Source of the DNA: Clostridia bacterium
GTDB lineage: Bacteria > Bacillota > Clostridia > Christensenellales > CAG-138
Assembly (NCBI GenBank): GCA_017395105.1
Contig: JAFPWD010000001.1
Span: 1,344-65,343, forward strand
Direction of reading: 5' to 3'
DNA length: 64,000 bases
Shown: one piece after another, positions 20,501 through 28,951 of the stretch
How positions within the stretch are numbered: position 1 is the first letter of the stretch
Layout of the letters: each line of letters begins with the position of its first letter
Program-made: the position numbers and the translations under genes
Notes under the pieces: model-generated
The model's input: only the letters and a program-made list of their open reading frames with translations
Databases searched by the model: none
Told to the model about the DNA's origin: nothing

Positions 20501-20665
20501 CTCGGCATCGGGCTTGGGATCGCAATACTGATCTTCGGCGCACAGGAGAAGATCTGCTTCATGCTCTCGGGCGCGTTCTTCATCCTCTGGTGCATATCCA
20601 CGCTTATCTGCCTTGTTTTCGGACTGGCGAAGAAGGCGCAGGCGGCGCTGGTGGAGGTGGAGTAG
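17576..20665 (+). CDS. FtsX-like ABC transporter permease (tandem paralog 2)
   Basis: Same architecture as 14174; shared YDQGY.AATEPMRE and SMQRQIQYVS motifs. Confidence 0.9.
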   Translation: MQAIKNGIKCTLRTPGKAILFTLILAVLAALLAVAFCVFSAVRGYLKEADEYFHTIATIDYVGKDYPDQSVYDPEVQEAVEESLGELEALKANPSVMGFEPASPALGYIEGMHRIDNNVFNGGAGVLIVNVYAYDPGIDAYQVMLERSLYARRDYTGILMFLSADSPEIEKGKKYLISGRFVAGKVSGVWFSMESMSFVENGETVTVPEFELVTNTDVAETNAFYRLAKVLEKQNDACRVVYTSAIEDYYPFQQQILSLKDGRLFTEQEQKSGAKVCLIMNDLAGRLGLSVGDRIPLSVCASDESIFDTNTLYEKDGGEYEVIGILNEDIDYPFYIFLPGASGDGFRATTGYNLGQFRVVNSRADEFITATETLAHNGFRITLYDQGYAAATEPMRELMFISIIFLAVCVVLAIVALILQSHIFVSRQKEAANTMYSLGSSRAHIVAYFISAVLILTILGAVIGMFAAKAIEGRVFETMQRFATQFAKENTDYSLSSTSITRTLDFAPNAGYFPYIAAGAALVLGALITTLIFARRTVTERRKQERGRINEQGGSVSRFSVKYALLSIVRSPVRTLAVLLLAAVAALFFSRLTASLRGYNDQLESYKRSAEITGYATDMKGRWMDGLSIKPDAVKALMEKELVQDYNITTRLGYLDILGVGRTASGASRAVQFNEPQSEFAVETRVYNISRAMRWVSTTDVESSPAFKYAKAKSITWLEGFDKKDFWFPNPVCALPESVMKEKGIELGDCVVFEHTFEIANWNYLGTIMLKVVASYSATTSSNTVFVPFSEYPLASTEYGRESYHYDYYEKEYKEIFAPILADTLDERIVDRIMNGIETSGYNDWFRNLSWYKGISFKSFLFTLKDATRLDELREAFKEAGYGTVGNMSDRGKTFFVIEDEMYLSTVRSMQRQIQYVSTLYAALYVIAGVIGFALAWLLTVSRRKEIALMRALGTPNFRIILNFLFEHALLCLAGLGIGLGIAILIFGAQEKICFMLSGAFFILWCISTLICLVFGLAKKAQAALVEVE

Positions 20666-20678
20666 TTTCGCTGTGCGA

Positions 20679-20918
20679 AATGAAGCCGCTTCGCTAATGA
20701 AGGAATGATGCTCGCCTTCGGCGCTTGAGGCGTTCCTTCGGAACATTGAGGAAGAAATCCCAAGGGGATTTCAAATTAAATCGAAGAAACGCGCCAAAAG
20801 CCTGCCCCTTTGAGGGGAAGGTGGCTGAGCGGGGCAGAGCCGCGCGAAGACGGATGAGGTGGAAATGATTGGAAGAAACGCCCGCGGCGTTTCAACAACA
20901 ACTATTCACTATTCACTA
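20679..20918. repeat. Composite repeat: family A copy, family H pair and a nested REP-like element
   Basis: Family A 20679-20735; H cores at ~20747 and ~20875-20918; CCCCTTTGAGGGGAAGGTGGC...GGATGAGG element between GAAGAAACGC direct repeats (20783-20792 and 20872-20881). Confidence 0.7.
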
Positions 20919-20941
20919 ACTTAGATTTGGAGGTAAAACCA

Positions 20942-21631
20942 ATGGCCGTTATCGAAGCAAGGGACGTAACATATCGTTACGTAAACAAGTATCAAACCGT
21001 GGATGCGCTGCGGGGCGTGAACTGCAAGTTTGAGGAAGGCAGGATGTATGCGCTGATCGGCAAATCCGGCTCGGGCAAGAGCACCCTGCTTTCGCTGATG
21101 GCGGGGCTGATGGTGCCGACCACGGGCGATATTCTCTACATGGGCAAGAGCACCAATAAGATCAATCTGACCCGCTATCGCCGCGAAAATGCCGCCGTTA
21201 TCTATCAGAGCTTTCGCCTGTTCCCGTTGCTGACGGTTTCGGAAAACGTGACCTATCCGATGGAGCTTCGCGGCTTCAAGGGCAAGAAGGCAAGAGAGAA
21301 GGCCGCCGAGCTTATCGAGAAGGTCGGTCTGCCCGAAACGGTGCTCAAGCGCTATCCCTCCATGCTCTCGGGCGGCGAACAGCAGCGCGTTGCCGTGGCA
21401 AGAGCCATGAGTATGGACACAAAGCTGCTGCTTGCGGACGAGCCCACCGGCAACCTCGACACAGAGAACGGTCAGCGCATAATCGAGCTGCTTTCAAAGC
21501 TCGCCCATGAGGACGGCTACTGCGTTGTGGTCGTTACCCACGACCTTGAGATAGCCGCAAGAGCCGACACGACCTATAGGATTCGCGACGGCGTGCTGTA
21601 TGAGGAAACGAATAAGCCGAGCGAAGAATAA
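20942..21631 (+). CDS. ABC transporter ATP-binding protein (LolD/MacB type)
   Basis: [35 protein letters not shown]. Confidence 0.95.
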   Translation: MAVIEARDVTYRYVNKYQTVDALRGVNCKFEEGRMYALIGKSGSGKSTLLSLMAGLMVPTTGDILYMGKSTNKINLTRYRRENAAVIYQSFRLFPLLTVSENVTYPMELRGFKGKKAREKAAELIEKVGLPETVLKRYPSMLSGGEQQRVAVARAMSMDTKLLLADEPTGNLDTENGQRIIELLSKLAHEDGYCVVVVTHDLEIAARADTTYRIRDGVLYEETNKPSEE

Positions 21632-21707
21632 GCACCGACAACTTAATTTATGGCAATAAAATATCCGAGGATACGGGCGATATCCTCGGATTTGTTATGC
21701 TTTTAAC

Positions 21708-22511
21708 TTATTTCTCGGGCGCGGCAACGAGGAAGCACATATCGTTCAGCTCGCCGCTCTCCTCATCGAAGAAGTTGTAGAAGGTGAAGTTATAAAGGAA
21801 CCTCTCGGCGGGGTAGATGCCGTAGCCGTCCTGATTATGGTCGGTGGTGTCGTAGGGATCGGCAACGATAACAACGTCGTCCTGCTCGGTCTCGGTGCCC
21901 ATGGTGTCATATCCGATGAGAACCTGCCAATGTCCGCCCCAGTCGTTCCAGCCGATCATGATGGGGTTGTTGTTTTTAAGGGTCTGCTTGATAAAATCGA
22001 AGGTGAAAACCTCGGAAACGTCCTCGCCTGCCTCGGCAACGTCGATCGCGGAATAGCACTTGAAGCCGCCCACCTTATTGAAGATCTCCACCATTTCGCT
22101 GAGGGAGGTCGCGCCGGGCTTGAGGCCCTGGGGACGGAGCTCGCCGAGGCTCTCCTCGGTGTACTCGCCGCGCGCACCGAAATGCTCAAGCACCATCAGC
22201 GCGCTTGCAACGCCGCAGCTCCACTCGCTGGACTGCTGGATGGTCTTGAAATTCGGGATGATGGTCAGCGAATCGGTGGATTTCATGTTGTAGAAGTCGG
22301 GGTGAACGAAGTAGGGGCTCTTCTCGTGGTCGCCGTCGCGCTCAACGCTGTCCGCACCGTCCTCGGCGGAGAGGTCGGCCTTGTCGTCAAACTTCATGGT
22401 GTCGGTGTAGTTCTCCTTCGCGGCCTCGGACTGATTCTCCTTGGCGGCGGGGGCGCAGGCTGCGGTGAACAGCAGAGCGGATGCGAGCAGGGAAACGATG
22501 AGTCTTTTCAT
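21708..22511 (-). CDS. C39-like (papain-fold) cysteine peptidase lipoprotein
   Basis: Lipobox FTAC; QQSSEWSCG (Q..C), GGHWQVLIGYD, VADPY. Confidence 0.82.
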   Translation of the reverse strand: MKRLIVSLLASALLFTAACAPAAKENQSEAAKENYTDTMKFDDKADLSAEDGADSVERDGDHEKSPYFVHPDFYNMKSTDSLTIIPNFKTIQQSSEWSCGVASALMVLEHFGARGEYTEESLGELRPQGLKPGATSLSEMVEIFNKVGGFKCYSAIDVAEAGEDVSEVFTFDFIKQTLKNNNPIMIGWNDWGGHWQVLIGYDTMGTETEQDDVVIVADPYDTTDHNQDGYGIYPAERFLYNFTFYNFFDEESGELNDMCFLVAAPEK

Positions 22512-22702
22512 TTTTCGATTGGGTTCTCCTTTGGATTTAGAATTGCTCGGCCTTCATTGGCGAATGCCTATAAAAAAGCCGAAATGGTTTATAACATAAA
22601 ACCCCGGAAAAAGTCAATTGATTTTGGCGCATTTTGCGGTTATATTTGTTTTTGCGCGGAAAAATCGCCGCTTCGAGCTTTTTAAAACCGCCTTGCCGCG
22701 CT

Positions 22703-22731
22703 TTGACAGTTCTCCCGCGCCGTGCTATAAT
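22703..22731 (+). promoter_or_regulatory. sigmaA promoter of the CLC gene
   Basis: TTGACA-17-TATAAT with extended TG. Confidence 0.8.
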
Positions 22732-22825
22732 CCGCTTATGAAATGAGCGGATAGCCGAGGATGGCTCTACACATTTCATTAAAAACAGTTCAGCGGTCGC
22801 TTGAACGAAAAACGGGTGAGTTGCA

Positions 22826-24097
22826 TTGAAAAAATCGTTTGCCGAATTCAAACGCTGGAGCTTGGCGTTTCTGAAATGGACGGGGCTTGCGCTGCTTGTT
22901 GGCGCTGTTTGCGGCCTTATCGGAACTGCCTTTCATTATTCCATCCATATCGCGGGGGAAGTGCGCGAAGCCAATTCGTGGCTGATATTTCTTCTGCCTG
23001 TCGGCGGCGCGGCGATAGTGCTGATCTATTCGCTGATGAAGCAGCAGATAACGCTCGGAACCGATCTTTTATTCCACTCCATCCACGGCAAAAAGCCCGT
23101 TCCGTTCGTGATGGCGCCGCTCATCTATATTGGAACCTTTATAACACATCTGTTCGGCGGCTCTGCGGGTCGCGAGGGGGCTGCGCTTCAGCTCGGCGGA
23201 AGCATGGGCAGCAGCATCGGCGTTTTTTTGAAGCTTAAAAAGGAGGAGAGCCGCACTCTGGCGCTGATGGGCATGGGTGCGCTGTTTTCCGCGCTCTTCG
23301 GAACGCCCCTCGCCGCCGCGCTCTTCGTTATGGAGGTGCTTGCGCTCGGGCACATGGTCTATTCAAGCTTCGCACCCTGCCTTATCGCAAGTCTTGCGGC
23401 ATACGGCGTTTCGCTGCTGCTCGGCGTTTCGGGCGAAAGCTTTGCGCTTGCTTCGTTGCCCGCGTTCGGTGCGGTGCCGCTGCTTCAATCAGCCGCGCTC
23501 GCGATCGCTTGCGCGATCCTGTCCGTTGCCTTCTGCAAGCTGATGCACCTATCCCATAAATCGGCGGCAAAATACCTGAAAAATCCTTATTTAAGAGCAG
23601 TTTTGGGCGGCGCAGTGATCGTGCTTATGACCCTCGCAGTCGGCACGCGCGATTATAACGGCGCGGGCGGGCAGGTTATCAAGCGCGCGATAGAGCAGGG
23701 GCAGGCGCGGCCTTGGGATTTTGCGCTGAAATTCATCTTCACCGCCATAACGCTCGCCTCGGGCTTCAAGGGCGGCGAGATCGTGCCAACCTTCTTCGTG
23801 GGCGCGGCGTTCGGCTGTACCGTCGGCCCCATTATTGGCATGGATGCGGGCTTTGCGGCGGCGCTTGCGCTGATCGCCCTCTTCTGCGGCAACACGAACT
23901 GCCCCATCGCTTCCATCCTTCTTGCCTTGGAGCTTTTCGGCGGCAAGGGGCTGCCGTTCTTCGCGCTCGCCTGCGCGATAACCTATATGCTTTCGGGAAA
24001 TATCAGCCTCTACCATAACCAGCTTATTGCAAACAAGGGTCTCAAGCTCGGCAGCCTGATACTGCCTGAGAGCGGGGAAGAACCGATTTCGAAGTGA
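22826..24097 (+). CDS. CLC family chloride/fluoride channel or antiporter
   Basis: GSAGREGAALQLG, FGTPLAAALF, GFKGGEIVPTF; TTG start. Confidence 0.9.
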   Translation: MKKSFAEFKRWSLAFLKWTGLALLVGAVCGLIGTAFHYSIHIAGEVREANSWLIFLLPVGGAAIVLIYSLMKQQITLGTDLLFHSIHGKKPVPFVMAPLIYIGTFITHLFGGSAGREGAALQLGGSMGSSIGVFLKLKKEESRTLALMGMGALFSALFGTPLAAALFVMEVLALGHMVYSSFAPCLIASLAAYGVSLLLGVSGESFALASLPAFGAVPLLQSAALAIACAILSVAFCKLMHLSHKSAAKYLKNPYLRAVLGGAVIVLMTLAVGTRDYNGAGGQVIKRAIEQGQARPWDFALKFIFTAITLASGFKGGEIVPTFFVGAAFGCTVGPIIGMDAGFAAALALIALFCGNTNCPIASILLALELFGGKGLPFFALACAITYMLSGNISLYHNQLIANKGLKLGSLILPESGEEPISK

Positions 24098-24116
24098 GCA
24101 TGACTGCCGCAAAGGG

Positions 24117-24704
24117 GTGGAGCGGATGCGCGCCATAGTGCGTGCGGTCGGCCTTTTTGAAACACAAATTCGCAGCGAACGATATGAAGCCGAAGGCAAC
24201 GACGTGTTAGGAGAGAACGACGATTACGGCGACTGCTTCGATGCGATAAACGCCCTATCGCCAAAGCTTGCCGAGCAATATCTCAGGATAATTTGGCTCG
24301 ACACGATCTGCTGCAGCATGGACCGCCACACCGAAAACTTCGGCTTTCTGCGCGATATCCGTACAGGCGAGATCGTTTCGATGGCTCCGAACTACGATAA
24401 CAATATCGCGCTCATCTCCCGCGGATACCCAAGCGGCACGAGCCGCGAGCATGACGGCATTATCCGCTTCTTCCGAGAGTTCGTGCAGAGCAATGAAACC
24501 GCAAAAACCATGCTCAAGGAAATGGAGCTGCCGACCATCACGGAGGAAATGCTCGACGAGTGCTTCGATGAAATACCCATTGAAGCGGATCGTGATTTCA
24601 TTAAAGCCTTCATCTTGAACGGACAGAGTGCGGTAAGAAGCATTATCGATGAAGATATTACCGAGAGCGAGGATGAGGAAAGCGGATTCGGGCTGATGCT
24701 GTAG
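24117..24704 (+). pseudogene. HipA-like kinase C-terminal fragment
   Basis: DRHTENFG and APNYDNN catalytic-loop motifs; no N-lobe or Gly-rich loop; weak start. Confidence 0.55.
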
Positions 24705-24749
24705 AAGCGAAGACTGCGTTGGTTTATGAAATCATATCGCCCCGCATGC

Positions 24750-24778
24750 TTGCAATTTTGCGTATAAAATGCTATAAT
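24750..24778 (+). promoter_or_regulatory. sigmaA promoter of the VUT-SDR operon
   Basis: TTGCAA-17-TATAAT with extended TG. Confidence 0.75.
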
Positions 24779-24801
24779 CCTACCTGCGCTTGGCGCAAAA
24801 A

Positions 24802-24839
24802 CGGGTGTCTCTTGAAAACCACCCCAAAAAAACAAGGAG
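24802..24839 (+). ncRNA. preQ1 class I riboswitch (translational type)
   Basis: P1 GGGTG/CACCC, loop TCTCTTGAAAAC, A-rich tail CAAAAAAA, and CAAG able to pair with loop CTTG; CAAG overlaps the AAGGAG RBS of a VUT gene. Confidence 0.85.
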
Positions 24840-24849
24840 CAATTTAATA

Positions 24850-25575
24850 ATGAAAACCATTTCCTCTTTCCGCAGAATGGTGCGCGAAGTGCCGCCCATC
24901 GTTGCCGCTCTGATGATCCTCTCCGTTGTGGGGATGAATCTGCTTGCGAATAAAAGCATCGACACGGGGCTGAGCTGGCTCGCGCTCGACTGCGGCATTC
25001 TTTTTTCATGGCTTGCCTATCTTTCCATGGATATTCTTACGCATTGCTGCGGACCGAAGGTTTCCTCCGCAATGTCGGTCATGGCGCTGCTTCTGAACCT
25101 CTTCATGGTGCTTATTTTCTTCATAGCAAGCCGCATACCGGGCGTTTGGGGCGAAAGCTTCGTTGAGGGCAGCGAGGGCGTTATAAATACCGCGCTTGAC
25201 CGCACCTTCGGCGGCACCTGGTACATCCTGCTCGGCAGCTCCATCGCGTTTCTTGTCTCCGCATTTATAAACAGCTTTTTAAACTATGGAATAGGAAAAT
25301 TTTTCAAAAAGGAGCTTAATTTCGGCGAATTCGCCGTGCGTTCCTATGTTTCCACCTTCGTTGCGCAGTTTGCGGACAACATGATCTTCGCGCTGCTCGT
25401 AAGCAAGGTCTTTTTCGGATGGAGCCTGCTCCAATGCTTCACCTGCGCGCTGACGGGCGCGGTGCTGGAGCTTGTGTTCGAGGTCGTTTTCTCGCCCGTG
25501 GGTTACCGCATCTCCAAACGCATGATGCGTGAAAGGATAAATAATGCAATAGAAGAAACGGAGCAATGGGCATGA
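24850..25575 (+). CDS. VUT/YhhQ family queuosine precursor transporter
   Basis: MNLLANK, LSMDI, R..VSTFVAQFADNMIF motifs; ~6 TM; preQ1 riboswitch upstream. Confidence 0.85.
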   Translation: MKTISSFRRMVREVPPIVAALMILSVVGMNLLANKSIDTGLSWLALDCGILFSWLAYLSMDILTHCCGPKVSSAMSVMALLLNLFMVLIFFIASRIPGVWGESFVEGSEGVINTALDRTFGGTWYILLGSSIAFLVSAFINSFLNYGIGKFFKKELNFGEFAVRSYVSTFVAQFADNMIFALLVSKVFFGWSLLQCFTCALTGAVLELVFEVVFSPVGYRISKRMMRERINNAIEETEQWA

Positions 25576-26219
25576 AAATAGTTATAAGCGGAACGGGCAG
25601 GGGAATAGGCAAGGCCATCGCCGAAAGGTTTATTGCGGCGGGCGATACCGTTTTCGGCTTCGACACGCGGGAAAGCGCGATAGAGCATCCAAGCTACCGC
25701 CATTTTGTTTTCGACATCGTTCGTGACGAGCTGTCCGAGCCGATCGAGCCGGATATCCTTATAAACAACGCCGGCACGCTCGAGGAAAAGGACGCGCTTT
25801 CGGTCAATCTTGAAGGGAACATCCGCTTTACGGAGCTTTTCAAGAACGGCGCGAATCTGCGCTCGGTGCTGTTCATCGCCTCGGCTTCGGCGCGAAACGG
25901 CGCGGAATTTCCGTACTACGTCGCTTCCAAGGCCGGAATAGTCGGCTATATGAAGAATCTTGCGCTCACTCTTTCAAAGCGCGGCATAACGGTGAACAGC
26001 ATCTCCCCGGGCGGCGTTATCACCGAATCAAACGCGCATATCCTCGAAAGCGAAAGCCTGTATGCGGCGGTTTTGAATGAAACGCTGCTCAATAAATGGG
26101 CGCAGCCCGAGGAGGTTGCCGAGCTTGCGTATTATCTTACAAAGGTGAACCGCTCGATCACGGGCGAGGATATTTTGATCGACAACGGCGAGATGCTCAA
26201 ATCGAATTTCATTTGGTGA
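25572..26219 (+). CDS. Short-chain dehydrogenase/reductase (SDR)
   Basis: SGTGRGIG, INNAG, YVASK (YxxxK), VNSISPGG; ATGA overlap with the VUT stop. Confidence 0.92.
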   Translation: MKIVISGTGRGIGKAIAERFIAAGDTVFGFDTRESAIEHPSYRHFVFDIVRDELSEPIEPDILINNAGTLEEKDALSVNLEGNIRFTELFKNGANLRSVLFIASASARNGAEFPYYVASKAGIVGYMKNLALTLSKRGITVNSISPGGVITESNAHILESESLYAAVLNETLLNKWAQPEEVAELAYYLTKVNRSITGEDILIDNGEMLKSNFIW

Positions 26220-26237
26220 AGCGCTGGGAAAAGATAA

Positions 26238-26266
26238 TTGACAGCCCGCAGATTTTTCAATATAAT
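26238..26266 (+). promoter_or_regulatory. sigmaA promoter of the ribonuclease-barstar pair
   Basis: TTGACA-17-TATAAT. Confidence 0.75.
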
Positions 26267-26372
26267 TAAACTGAATTAATATGCGAACGGCGCGGGTTCT
26301 TCGTTCAAATCGACCGAACCGCGCCGAAATCCGTTATAATAAATGTAACAAAATCCATCGGAGGAAAGAGAA

Positions 26373-27011
26373 ATGCGCCATAAAAGGCTATTCGCGCTTC
26401 TGCTCGCCGTGCTTGCCGCGCTCGGCTTCATCGGCTGCGGAGGTGGCGGCAAAACGGGCGAGATCGTGCTCAATACGACCGCGCCCACGGCGGAGGCAAC
26501 GGCGTTCCTTCCCACGGCGGCGAACGATGAAAAGCTGACCGCCGCACCGACCGAGGTGGCGACGAGCGTTCCCACGGATGCGCCCACGGCAACGCCCAAG
26601 CCCACGGCAACGCCCAAGCCCACGGCAACGCCCAAGCCGACCGTGACCGAGCCGCCGGTATCCGAGGACGGCATCTACGACAGCAAGCATGAGGTGGCGC
26701 TCTATATCCACCTTTACGGGCATCTGCCGAGCAACTACATCACCAAGAAGGATGCGCAGGCGCTTGGTTGGAGCGGCGGAAGCCTCGAACCCTATGCGCC
26801 GGGCAAGTGCATCGGCGGCGACTATTTCGGTAACTACGAGGGGCTTCTGCCGAGGAAAAACGGGCGCAAATACACCGAATGCGATATCGGAACGCTTGGA
26901 AAGAACGGGCGCGGCAGCAAACGCATAGTTTTTTCAAACGACGGACTGATCTATTATACTTCGGATCACTATGAGCATTTCACCCTGCTCTATGGGGAGG
27001 CAAACGGATGA
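26373..27011 (+). CDS. Barnase-like guanyl-specific ribonuclease lipoprotein
   Basis: Lipobox FIGC, PTATPK linker, LPSNYITKKDAQALGW, IGGDYFGNYEGLLP, RIVFSNDGLIYYTSDHY. Confidence 0.92.
   Translation: MRHKRLFALLLAVLAALGFIGCGGGGKTGEIVLNTTAPTAEATAFLPTAANDEKLTAAPTEVATSVPTDAPTATPKPTATPKPTATPKPTVTEPPVSEDGIYDSKHEVALYIHLYGHLPSNYITKKDAQALGWSGGSLEPYAPGKCIGGDYFGNYEGLLPRKNGRKYTECDIGTLGKNGRGSKRIVFSNDGLIYYTSDHYEHFTLLYGEANG
26582..26638 (+). repeat. 18-bp coding tandem repeat x3 (PTATPK)
   Basis: GCCCACGGCAACGCCCAA repeated three times. Confidence 0.85.
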
Positions 27012-27292
27012 GAATAGTTTTTTTGGACGGAAACAGGATAGCTTCGGCTCGGGATATGCACGAGGAATTTGCCCGTGCGCTCGAATTTCCCGAGTGGTAC
27101 GGCAATAATCTGGATGCGCTCCACGATATGCTGACAGAGGGAACGGAAGAGATCGGCGTTATCCTTGTGAACACAGATAAGCTTTCCACCACCCTCGGCG
27201 GGCGCTGGACGGCGATGCTTCGCCTGCTCGTGGATATGAAGCGCGAGCGCAGGGGCTTCCATGTTATGATGGAGCCTTTTGCGGGGGAATGA
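27008..27292 (+). CDS. Barstar family ribonuclease inhibitor
   Basis: LEFPEWYGNNLDALHDML; overlaps the RNase stop. Confidence 0.92.
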   Translation: MRIVFLDGNRIASARDMHEEFARALEFPEWYGNNLDALHDMLTEGTEEIGVILVNTDKLSTTLGGRWTAMLRLLVDMKRERRGFHVMMEPFAGE

Positions 27293-27466
27293 GGACAAAT
27301 TCCTTGGCATTGTATTGATGAGCAAACCGAATTCGGGCAAAAACGCAAAAAACTGCGCAAAACAGCCCGAATTCTCATTTTCCGGGAGTGATTTTCGGTC
27401 TTTGGGGTGGTGTTTTTCGCCTCGGTTATGTAGAATGGCGGCATCAAAGGCAAGGAGGAAACAAAA

Positions 27467-28627
27467 ATGCCGACAAAATCAATGGGTCAATTCATGGCCG
27501 CTTTAAGAAAGGCAAACGGCCTAACTCAGCAGGACGTTGCCGACAGGCTGAACGTTTCAAACAAGGCGGTGAGCCGCTGGGAGAGGGACGAGACCGCGCC
27601 CGATATCTCGCTGCTTCCCGCCATCGCGGAGATGTTCGGCGTTAGCTGCGACGAGCTCATCAGGGGCGAAAGGAATATGGACGATCAGCCCCGCTCAGAG
27701 GGAGCGAAAACGCGCACCGAAAAGCAGATAAAGTCGCTTATCAGCCGCGCGTCGGGCAAGTTTGAAACGCTTTCGATGATCGCGCTGCTGCTTGCAGCGG
27801 CGGGCTTTATAGCGATGATGGGTATATCCTACGGCGCATATCGCCCGCATATCGGCTTTGCCGTGATGCTTCTTTTTGAAGCGGGCGCGGCAACGCTTGC
27901 GGCGATCGCATATAGATCGGCATTCCGTACCGTTGAAGATAACGAGCTGATGGAAAACGCCGATCCTGCGCTTTCGGAGGGCTTCCGCAATAACGCGGCA
28001 AAGCGCAGCTTCATCGTTTATTTTGCTGCGGCCTGCGCCGTACTTCTGTCGATCCCGCTCGCGGTGCTTTCGAACGGTTTCTCGGTGCTTGACTTCAATT
28101 ATTATCTTCCGAACGCGCTTGCCGTTATCCTGATCCTCGTTATCGCATACCCCTTCCTTAAAAGGCTCTGCCTATCGCGCATGACGGGCAAAAAAGCGCA
28201 AAGCCGCAGCGAGGCGGATAGGGTCGTTTTCCGCATGAACCTAATCCAGATCGGCATGGTCGTGCTTTCGATACTGCTCGTTTTGATCTCGGTCTCGATA
28301 CAGTCGGGAATAGCCATCGGCGGAGTGGCTGTAATGAGCCTTGCCGCTGCAAGCGCGGCGGTGTTCCTGGTATTTTTGATAAAATATCCGCAGTATAAAA
28401 AGCTTATCGTCCTAAACGGAGTCAGAAATCTGCTGCTTATGCTGTCGCCGATTCTGCTCGCCATGGCGGTCGGCGGAGTGTATGAGATGAATGAAAACGG
28501 AGTGTTCGTTGAAAACAGCTTTTATCTTCAATATGATAAGCTCGCCCCCGCGCTTGGTTATCTTCTCGCCGTTATCCTCGTTTTCCGCGCGCTTACAGCA
28601 AGAAAACGCAGGGATGACAGGGAATGA
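27467..28627 (+). CDS. XRE-family HTH protein with multi-pass membrane C-terminus
   Basis: LRKANGLTQQDVADRLNVSNKAVSRWERDET.PD followed by ~8 TM segments. Confidence 0.88.
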   Translation: MPTKSMGQFMAALRKANGLTQQDVADRLNVSNKAVSRWERDETAPDISLLPAIAEMFGVSCDELIRGERNMDDQPRSEGAKTRTEKQIKSLISRASGKFETLSMIALLLAAAGFIAMMGISYGAYRPHIGFAVMLLFEAGAATLAAIAYRSAFRTVEDNELMENADPALSEGFRNNAAKRSFIVYFAAACAVLLSIPLAVLSNGFSVLDFNYYLPNALAVILILVIAYPFLKRLCLSRMTGKKAQSRSEADRVVFRMNLIQIGMVVLSILLVLISVSIQSGIAIGGVAVMSLAAASAAVFLVFLIKYPQYKKLIVLNGVRNLLLMLSPILLAMAVGGVYEMNENGVFVENSFYLQYDKLAPALGYLLAVILVFRALTARKRRDDRE

Positions 28628-28850
28628 AGCGGCTTTGCCTCCGCGTACCTGACATTTCGAAGAAACCCGTGGTTTTCCTTCGCCTACGCGCTGAACGACG
28701 TGATACTGATCGTGCTGTGGACTCTTGCAAGCCTTGAAAACGCTCGATATATCTCGGTCATCGTGTGCTTGGCGGTGTTTCCTTGTAAACGACGTGTATG
28801 CGTTCATAAGCTGGCTTAAAATGGAGCGGCGGCAGAGAGATGGTGGATGA
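28628..28850 (+). pseudogene. 3' remnant of a PnuC-like (nicotinamide riboside-type) transporter with a frameshift
   Basis: Reads YLTFRRNPWFSFAYALNDVILIVLW..., then after a one-base slip near 28778 LVNDVYAFISWLKMERRQ*. No start codon. Family recalled from memory. Confidence 0.55.
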
Positions 28851-28951
28851 AAACCGCGATTATTGCGGCAGGAGGCAGCGCGAAGGTTGAATAATAGCGC
28901 GTTTTATCCGAATATTATATGAAAAACACATGAAAAACGGGCAAAAAATGC

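Noticed and set aside
22732-22825. Fluoride riboswitch before the CLC gene
   Set aside because: The GGCGATGG..GCC and GCTGATGAC consensus elements are not present.
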